From Phaeosaccion multiseriatum (Eukaryota; Protista; Ochrophyta, other classes), in assembly GCA_965112735.1 (NCBI GenBank), contig OZ218951.1, positions 1,612,001 to 1,676,000 of the forward strand: 64,000 nt of DNA. Reading direction: 5' to 3'. Position numbers and translations under genes: made by a program. Below the pieces are notes generated by a model, which saw only the letters and a program-made list of their open reading frames with translations, was not told the DNA's origin and made no database searches. The stretch's first letter is position 1. Every line of letters starts with the position of its first letter. Shown piece by piece: positions 52,501 through 61,777 of this stretch.

Positions 52501-54941
52501 ATGGCAAGTGCCTCATTCAACAAAGCGGACCTGGAGGAGCTGTACCTAACGACCACCAGGGGGCCCATCGTCTTGTCCATCTTCCTCTGCCTCGGGGGTA
52601 TTGTCACCTGTTTGCTGCACCGCTTTAAGATCGACTACAAATCCGTGCTGGCACAGCCAAAGCTCAGTAAGTTGCTGTGGGTGACGAGGGGGTGAACTTT
52701 CACTTCACACTGATGCGATGAGCAGCAGGGGCGCTCTCTCTCTCTGGCTCTCTCCCCCCCTGCATCCCTTTCTCCCTCTCCCCTCGTCTTCTTGCGCTGC
52801 TCGTCACCCTTTTTGTTGCCTTAGTTTTCCTCCCTGCCCCGCTTCTCCTCGTGTTTTCTCGCCCTCCCCCCCGCGCTCTAAGAGCACAAGCCAGTGGGGA
52901 GCCCACAGCAGCTGCTATGGCTCGGATTGATAGGGCTTTCCGCTGTCCTGTCTGTTATTTACTTGGGCAGAAGCTTTCAAAGGGCCCCCAACGTGTCTAT
53001 GGGAGCTTTTTACCTGGCCTTGGGGTTGGTAGTGCTCCTGGTACCGGCGAGGACGGGCTGTAGAGCAAACTTGGCCTTCCTGGGAGAGGTGAGTGAAGGA
53101 GGGAGGGAGGGGAAGTGTCTGGGTCAGGGAGAGAAATTGGGTCAGCCCGTCCATTCGATGATGTTCTCTCTCCTAGGCCGTTGACCACCTCCCTCCCTCC
53201 CACAGATGATATGCCTCATCATCCGGCCCGGCACTGACATTCACTTTGCGGAAGTCTTTCTAGCGGACGCATTTACCAGCTTATCCAAGGTAACAGTGTC
53301 TCTATTTTCTTTCTCTCGTGAGAGCTCGTAAGCCCTCCCCCCTCTCTGCTTTTTTTACCTTGCCGGCACCCTGACTGCCTGTCGACTGGCCTCCCCCCCC
53401 CCCCTGCTCTCCTGTTATCCTCCTTTCACGCTCCTCCTCTGCTCCATCAGGTGTTGTCTGACGCGGGCATTACCGTGCTCATTCTCTTGGCGTCGTGGAC
53501 GGGTCACAGAGGTGTGCCTCGCCCTCTCAAGGTCAGACTTGCCCCTCCTTTTGCTCTCCGCGGAGTGAATGCCCTTTTCTTTTGCACCGCGGAAGTTTGG
53601 GTGGGCGCCCCTCTCCAAGACACGCACGCACACGCATTCACGCGCACGTGTGATGTAGTGCTCCACTACACCGCCTTTCCCACTCTCTGCGTTGCGCAAG
53701 TCGCTCACCCATCCATCAACCCACCCACCGGGTTTATTCTCCACCCACTCACCTGCCCTCTTGTATGACCAACTCTCACACCTTGTCTCGTAACTTGTCT
53801 TGCTCTTTGCTCTCTGCTATCATCACCATGTGCAGGTGCTCTTGGCGGCCTTTCTATCGTGGGTGCCGTATTGGCTGCGCCTCCGCCAGTGCAAGACACA
53901 GTTCAAGTACGAAGTGGAGTTCCGCAGGCGGCGCCTACACCTCCTCAACATCGGTGAGCGGAAACCCTTACCATGAAGATTGATTGATTGGTTGATCACG
54001 GAACGCATCTCCAGGGGGGGGCGTATTGCTCTCTCTCTCTCTCTCTCATTGTCGACGACTGAGCCGAAAGGCAAGACATACCATGCGCTTACGCCTCCCT
54101 GCGGCTCTTCCCCCCTCTTTTCCTCCCCACCCCCCCCCAACCCTCCCTTGACCTAGCAGGAAAGTACTGTAGCGCCCTTCCCGTGGTGACGCTGTCTGCT
54201 CTCGAGGCGCTCGAGCCGCCCTACTCTGCCTCTCGCCGCCTTTTCGGCCGCCTCGTGGCTGTGGCCGCCATTGTCAACACACTCTACTGCTTCGTGTGGG
54301 ACGTGTCTATGGACTGGGGCCTTGTGAAGAGGGGCGGTGGCTTTGGTGGTGGGATGGCAGCGAATGGTGGTGGCGGTCGTCCTCCTGGCACGGAGGCCCA
54401 CAGCAACGGTGGTGCGGGTGCGTCGAATGGCTGCTCAGATTCCTCAGGACGCGGCGGGAATGGCGCTTGTGGTGGTGGCGCGGGTGGCAGTGGTGGTGGT
54501 GACGGTGGGAAAAAGAAACGCTGGTGCCGCCTTTTGGCTTCCACCCCAAGGAGAGCAATAGCAATACTCCGGCGTGAGACGCATGCGTCCATGAGCCTTC
54601 GCAAGACCATGCTCCTCCCGCGGCGCTTCTATGGCTGCGCGATTTCAGCGGACTTGCTCCTGCGCTGCATGTGGATCATGAAGTATGCAGTACGGAGTTT
54701 GGCCTTTACGGACGCGGTGTTGATACTGGAAACCGTGGAGGTGTGTCGACGGAGCATGTGGAGTCTCTTCCGAATCGAGTGGGAGGTGATCCAGACCCAA
54801 GGGCAGCGAGGAGGCGGGGTCAGGAATGGGGCTGGTGGATGCGTGGGTGGGGGTGCGTATGGTGGTGACGACAGCAGGCGGCTGCTGCTCCAAGACGATC
54901 GCATGGAGAGGAGCGACTGTCTCAACCTTATGACGGTGTGA
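52501..54941 (+). CDS. EXS-domain (ERD1/XPR1/SYG1) membrane protein, no SPX domain seen
   Basis: Motifs FAEVFLADAFTSLSK, PYWLRLRQC, HLLNIGKY, NTLYCFVWDVSMDWGL, DLLLRCMW, EVCRRSMWSLFRIEWE. Confidence 0.9.
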
Positions 54942-55863
54942 GGGGGGGGGGGGGGATTTATTTAGTTGCTCTTCTCCTTAGAGAGACCACCTTTGAGCGT
55001 GGACTCTTTGAGAGAGGGAGGAAGGCCCTGTCTCTGTTTTTGGGCTCTCCTTGGAGGGACTCGAGAAGAGGTGGCTTGTTGAGAGAGGGAGGAAGCAATG
55101 CCCTCTCTCTTTGTGAGTGCTTTACACACACATGACATGGCCACCGCTGCAGACACTGCGGATGCTGCTGTTGCCGCCGCTCACTCCGGCATGTGGATAC
55201 TATTTTGGCAAGTTGCAAGGCACGCACGCCATTGTCTAGTTTTGCTTGGTGTCAGGACGGTGGGCGCGACCCGTCGAGGGCTGTGGCTCGGTACTCGCCG
55301 CAGCGCTACTGGTATAGTCGGGGGAGGGGGGCGCTAGCTGTGTCTCCCTGCAGCCAGTACGCGAACCAACAGCAGCATCTGGCTATATATACATGTACAC
55401 ACGCATGTGGGTTGGGTGCAGGCTAGTGATACCGCAGCAGCGGGAGGCAAGAACGAAGGAGCGGGAATTGAAAACATGCCACGGCGGCGCGCACACACTC
55501 ATACGCCACATGAGCGGCGCGCAAGGGCCACAACCCGCCGTCGTACTCGCGAATCGCCAAGAGGCGTTTTGCGAGGATGGAGCACCCTTCCATGCAGTTT
55601 CGCGTGGTGGACCTGAGCGACAAGGAGGCCCAAGACAGCGAGCTTGCCTTGGGCTTGACCTTCCCGACTGCCACAGAGGATGTGTGGGTACGCGACGGAC
55701 AGTGCTGGGCTCCTCAGCTTGTACATCAGCCCCTACAGCTTCCCTTCTCACTTGATTTGCCAACACGCGTACGTACACCACCAAGAGGCTACGGAACGGA
55801 GGGGACATTTTGTGCAAATGGGGAGGACACAGATCGACCGACCGACGACGAAGGGCAATCGGC

Positions 55864-55898
<35 letters not shown>

Positions 55899-56853
55899 GG
55901 CGCATCGACAGTACTGCAAGTGAAGACGGAATACGGAATAGTGGTTGTCTTGCAGGCGAGCTCCCCCTCCGTCCCCGTCCATCGAATATATCGCGAATCG
56001 CGGAGGGGGGAAAGGTCCGGATGAGGTGTTTGGTGAGTCAGCACACCACCACGACGAACCGGAGACCCGATGTGTGTGTGTGTGTGTGTGCGTGCGCATG
56101 CGCAAGCCCAAGGCGCTAGGCCAGTGCTTGATGTGTGGGCACGGCCCAGGGACGGAGGCGATGGGGCGAGGTGCGAATTGGGTCGCTCGGCATGCCGCTC
56201 TGTCTGCTGCAGGAGAGGAAGGGCGCGCAACAATGCGCACTATGCAAGTCCTGGCAGCAGGACTGGTGACTGTGTAACTGGTTGACTGGTTGACTGGTCG
56301 TGCTAGGTGTCTCGCGTGCGGCAGTGAGGGAGGAAGGCTCCACTTGCTCCTTCGTAACGAATATTCATATTCATGTCACGGGGGTGCACCAAAACCGCCT
56401 CTTGCTTCTCTCGTTTTCCTCCTCATGCTTGTGTGTGTGATGCTGGTACTCCCCAGCAGCAGGCGTGCCCGAGTCGCTTCAAAGAGCTGAGCTGGAGTGC
56501 TGGCAAGCAAGGGAGAAAGGCCACAGCAAGACGTTTTCTCTTTTGTATATTCCCTTGAGGCTGAGACTAGCTGGCTGGTGTCGCAGAGGGAGCAGTGGGA
56601 TGGAGGAGGAGTGCTGGAGAATAGGTAGAGAAGAGATCAGCGGCCTAGGGAGAGGGGAGAGGAGCGGTGGTCATGGAGGGATAGAGCCAAGGTTCAGCAA
56701 ACACGAAAAAGCAAGACAAAAGCCCCAAGCCAACAGAGGCTTTATTTTTCAATTTGAAACTTGCTGCTTGTGTGTGACGGAATACAAAACACTCCTGTAC
56801 CCTTTTGTATCGTGAGATTATACATCCTTCCCCTTCCTGCTGTCCCTCTCCCT

Positions 56854-59755
56854 CTAGAACTGAGCGGAGAAGACGGGGTTGTGCCGTGCGATTCTCGGCC
56901 CCTCCTCGTCATACTGAGCCTTCGTACAGCACACGTTGGGGAAGTCCGGAGTGCTCGCGATGAGGGACCCGCCGAACCACACCGCGTACCTTGAGCGGGG
57001 AGGGGGGGGGCAGAGAGAGAGAGAGAGTGAGAGAGAGAGAGAGAGAGGAGGAGGAGGAGACAATAGTCAGGCAAACACACACACACACACAAAGAGAGAG
57101 GTAAGCAAACAGTCTTTCGCCTGAGGAGAATGGGACAACAGCACCCGAGTGTGCATCAAACGTCCTTCGCCTCCCTTCCCCGTCCCCTCCCATCCTCACT
57201 CCCCGTCGCCTCGCGAACCATGTGGGTGCGTGTCCCATACACTTACCTCTGCATGGCGTGTGAGATGACGTTGACGTCGATGGGGGCAGCCTTGACCCTG
57301 TTGGTGATGCTTAGACCCTTCATCTTCTCCATCAGGCTCTTGTTGAGCTCCATGCGTGTGTCCACATGCCGCTTAATGTCCCTCTCCAAGCGCCGTCCAA
57401 AGTCCTTGAACATCGTGGAGCCGCCGGACAGGACAATGTTCTGCGGAGGCGTGTGTGTGTTTGTGTGTGCGTGTGTGTGCGTGTGTGTGCATGTGTGTGC
57501 GTGTGCGCATGTGTGCGCACGCGTGTGTGTGTGTGTGGGGGGGGGGGGGATACGTCTGAGCTGAAGTGTCGTCCTTGCAGCCGACAGCCATTCTTGTCCC
57601 TCCTGCCTCCCCATGTCCAGAGCTCTCCTTCTCTGCAAACGTGCCCTGACCCTCTCTCTCCTCCCCCCTTCTCCCTCCCTCTCTGTCCGCCCCCTCCTGG
57701 TAGAGAGTGGCGTGTCATGTGGGGTACTGTCCTCCCTACCTCCCTCACAACCCTACTCCTCTCAACCCCCTCACTACTATCCTGTTCCGTCACCCCCATC
57801 CCCTCTCACTACCCTCACCTTGTAAAGCCCCCTTCGGCTGTCGATGGGACAGGCCATGATGGCCTCATCCACCACTTGCGGCAGAGGCACGGTAAAGTCG
57901 CTGCTGAAGATGTCGGGATTGAAGAACACCTCGGGTCCGAGGAAGCGCTCGTAGCCCACGTCAGCGGTGTACTCCTGCACAGAAAGGGCACAGCACATAG
58001 TCCAGGATTTGGTGATACAGCACAGCACGGCACAGCAAAGCATCCACAATGCCCCTCCTTCTTCCCTCCCTCCCTCCCTCCCGCCCGCCCTCCCCCCCTC
58101 CTTATCCCCACCAACCCCACCCACCTGTCCGCCCTTCTACCCATGCACCTTCATCCTGCCCATACACCTCTACCCTGCCGATACACCTCTACCCTGCCGA
58201 TACACCTCTACCCCCGTCCTCAATCCCCCCACGACTCCCACCTACCTGTCCGCCCTTCTTGGTCCCCCTGTACATTCTGAAGTACTTGGCAGGGTCCTTA
58301 TCGAACTTGACGTACTCCTTGGCGATGTCCGAACACACGTAACAATTCTGCTCCTTGATGCGGCGGGCGGCGTCCAGCAAGTCCTCGGGCGGGATGGACT
58401 GGGGAGGGAGAGGTGGGGGAGGAGGGGGGGGGGTGGAGGTGTATGGGCAGGGTATAGGTGTATGGGCAGGGCAGAGGTGAAAGGGCAGGATAGAGGTGTA
58501 TGGGCAGGGTAGAGGTGTATGGGCCGGGAAGAGGTGTATGGGCAGGGCAGGGCAGGTGGGATGGGGTGAAGTGATGTGACCATGGCAGAGGTGTATGGGC
58601 AGGGAAGAGTGGAGGTGTATGGGCAGGGCAGGGCAGGGCAGGGCAGTGCAGGGCAGGTGGGATGGGGTGAAGTGACCATGGCAGAGGTGTATGGGCAGGG
58701 CAGGGCAGGGCAGAGATATATGCGCAGGGTAGAGGTGTGTGGACAGGGTAGAGGTGTATGGGCAGGGAAGAGTGGAGGTGTATGGGCAGGGCAGTGCAGT
58801 GCAGTGCAGTGCAGGGCAGGTGGGATGGGGTGAAGTGAAGTGACCATGGCAGAGGTGTATGCGCAGGGTAGATGTGTATGGGCAGGGAAGAGTGGAGGTG
58901 TATGGGCAGGGCAGGGCAGAGACGTATGCGCAAGGTAGGGCAGGGCCGGGGAAAAAAGGAGACGGGGTGGGGTAAAGTACAGTGACCACGGTAGAGATAA
59001 GCCCGTTGCTTCGATTCAAGGGCGGGGAAGAAACCCACATCTCTCGCTTGGAGAGAGGCAAGAGAGGCACAAAGAGAGAGGGGGGTGGCCGCACACCGAT
59101 CATAACCGATGAGGGATGAGAGCAGCCCGACGGACACACCTATAGTGCTGCCTTTGCGCTGCCATCCCTTCCTCCCTCCCTCCCTCCCTCCCTCCCTCCC
59201 TCCCCTCCTCTCTCCCCTCCCTACGCCCCTTCCGCCCCCCCCATCGCCTCCCTCCACCCCTCCCCTCCCTCCCTCCCGTGCTCACCTCTTTCCTCTCCCT
59301 GAGAAGATTCATGATAAACTGCGTAATGTCCCTTCCCGCCAGCGGAATGTGCTTGATGCAGGAGCCAATGACGTATCCCTCCGCCACGGGAATGACGTGT
59401 GTCACTCCATCCCCGGAGTCGATGACCGTCCCCGTCAATGTCCGTTCTGACACCTGGTATCGGTTATTGTATTCAAGTCAACACGTCAGGAGGGAGGAGA
59501 GGAGGCATGGATTGGGCTTGACTTTCGGCATTCTTGCGGCTGATGCTGCTCTCTCTCTATTACACATACGCCTCCGCCCTCGAGATACTACCGACTCTCT
59601 CGATCTCTCTGAATGCCCTCGAGATACTACTGACTCTCTCGATCTCTCTCTACGTCCTCGCTACTACTGTACAGCGGCACTGCCCAGCCTACTATCCACC
59701 ACGCCACATACGAGGCAACGACTCCAGTACTACGCCTAACCTTGACACTCCTCCT

Positions 59756-59803
<48 letters not shown>

Positions 59804-60880
59804 CTCCTCCTCCTCCTCCTCCTCCTCCTCTCCTCGTCCTCCTCCTCGTCCTCGTCCTCCTCCTCGTCCTCGTCCTCGTCCTCGTCCTCCTCCTCCTCCT
59901 CCTCCTCCTCCTCCTCCTCCTCCTCCTCCTCCTCCTTTCCTCTCCCCCTCCATCCTCCTCACCTTCTTGGAGCTCCACGACGCCGCCAGAGCCATGACGG
60001 CTTGCACAGCAATGTACAAACCAGGCACATTGAAGGTCTCAAACATGATCTCAGCGGTGTACTCTCGGTTCTCGGGGGTATTGAGGGGCGGCTCTGTGAG
60101 CATGACGAAATGCTCCTCAGGCTCACACTTGAGGTACTTGAAGAGGCACTGCTGCCATAACCTATTGTATACAGATGTATAACATTACATGGCACAAAAG
60201 CAGCATTAGGGGTGTTGAGCTGGCGTGGGGATGTTGGTCTGGATTTGTGGTTGTTGTTGGAGAGTGTGGTGAAGTGCATGATGCCTGTGTATATGGTAGA
60301 GCGCCCCTACTCCTCAGCTGCTACCAGGGAGGAGAAGTTTCGGGGACGAGTCCTGTGTCTCAGATATGATGTCATATCAATGGGCAGTGGATACGGTCTA
60401 TCTCGGGAAGGAGAGGGGGTGAGAATGCTCGACACGGAGGAGAGGGGAGTGCGGTGAGCGCCACACCATGTAGAGCAGCCGCCCCCACTCCTCAGGAGAG
60501 GGGGGGTGAGAGAGACCCACAGGGAGGAAAGCATTCGCCCCATTCCACTCCACTCCAAACAGGCAGCAATAGACATTGCAAGCAACATCGCTCCCCCCCT
60601 CATCATCCTCTCACCTCTCCATGTTGTCCCAGTCCTCGATGAGGCCGTGCCTGATGGGGTAGGAAACTTGGTGTGTAGTGGCGTGCTGCAGCGCCTCCTG
60701 TCCGATGAAGAAGTCCAGGTCCTCCACGCCGTCCCGTTTTCCCTCCATGCCCCCCTGTGCTGCCTTGTGCGCCGTGGCGGTGGGAACAATGTATTGCGGC
60801 TCAACATTGCCGGCGTAGCCCATCTTGGTATAGCCGGTGCCATTGTCAATGACAACGGCCGGACGGGAGTAGTCGCCCAT
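56854..60880 (-). CDS. ARP3: Actin-related protein 3 (Arp2/3 complex), multi-exon
   Basis: [107 protein letters not shown]. Confidence 0.97.
58436..58945. repeat. Intronic satellite built from GGTGTATGGGCAGGG / GCAGG units
   Basis: Directly visible repeated units in an ARP3 intron. Confidence 0.9.
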
Positions 60881-61174
60881 CCCTCCCAGTGCGCCGCTCC
60901 CCCCCTCGGTGCTGCTGCTACCCCACCGGTGTACCGGTGTAGCCGAGACGATCAAGGGAAGACGAAGAAGATTAAGAAGATGGGCGGACAAGTTGAGCAA
61001 ACGAGGCAAATCTGGTGCGATTAGATGAGGCTAAGTGCTCTGCTTCTCCAAGCAGCAAGCAGCAGCAGCAGCAGTCTGGCACGATGGGGTTTTCTTGTTT
61101 CAAAGAAGGGGTTCTCTCTCTCTCCTCCCTCTCTCAAGGTTGACACCAGGTACTTTACTATTGGACAGAGTGCA

Positions 61175-61777
61175 TCTCCTCCTCCTCCTCCTCAATGTCG
61201 ACATTGCTGCGGGGGGGCGGGCGCTCTGCCTCATCGGGCGCGAATCGGTTTATCAGCTCCAGCATCCAGCCAGGGAGGGGCCTGTCGCGGAAGAGATTGC
61301 CATTCTCGCTGTGGAGGCCTTCGAGGCAGTGCACGGCACGCGGGACTCAGATCACCGTGTGGGTTGCCAGCAGTTGATGGCGGTCTCTGGGGCCGTAGAG
61401 TATGCCAGATCAGCGGGATACCAGGGGGATGAGCTGAAGAACCTTCTGCTGGACGCTGCAGTAACCGCTGGTTTCATGGTTTCATGGTTACTGCAGCGTC
61501 CAGCAGAAGGTTCTTCAGCTCATCCCCCTGGTATCCCGCTGATCTGGCATACTCTACGGCCCCAGAGACCGCCATCAACTGCTGGCAACCCACACGGTGA
61601 TCTGAGTCCCGCGTGCCGTGCACTGCCTCGAAGGCCTCCACAGCGAGAATGGCAATCTCTTCCGCGACAGGCCCCTCCCTGGCTGGATGCTGGAGCTGAT
61701 AAACCGATTCGCGCCCGATGAGGCAGAGCGCCCGCCCCCCCGCAGCAATGTCGACATGGAGGAGGAGGAGGAGGAGG
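61175..61777. repeat. Long inverted repeat, arms about 290 bp (61175-61466 / 61486-61777), 19-nt spacer
   Basis: Right arm is the reverse complement of the left with a single mismatch seen (caatgtcgac vs gtcgacatgg). Confidence 0.97.

Noticed and set aside
55132-56280. Possible small gene between the EXS gene and ARP3
   Set aside because: Coding-like pieces exist, but no consistent spliced model or recognisable domain could be built.
61486-61620. In-frame TGA codons as selenocysteine or recoding
   Set aside because: They lie in the inverted (antisense) copy; no SECIS or selenoprotein motif was seen.
61175-61777. MITE / Introner / foldback transposon
   Set aside because: One arm is the host gene's own coding sequence, there is no target-site duplication and the three hairpins share no sequence.
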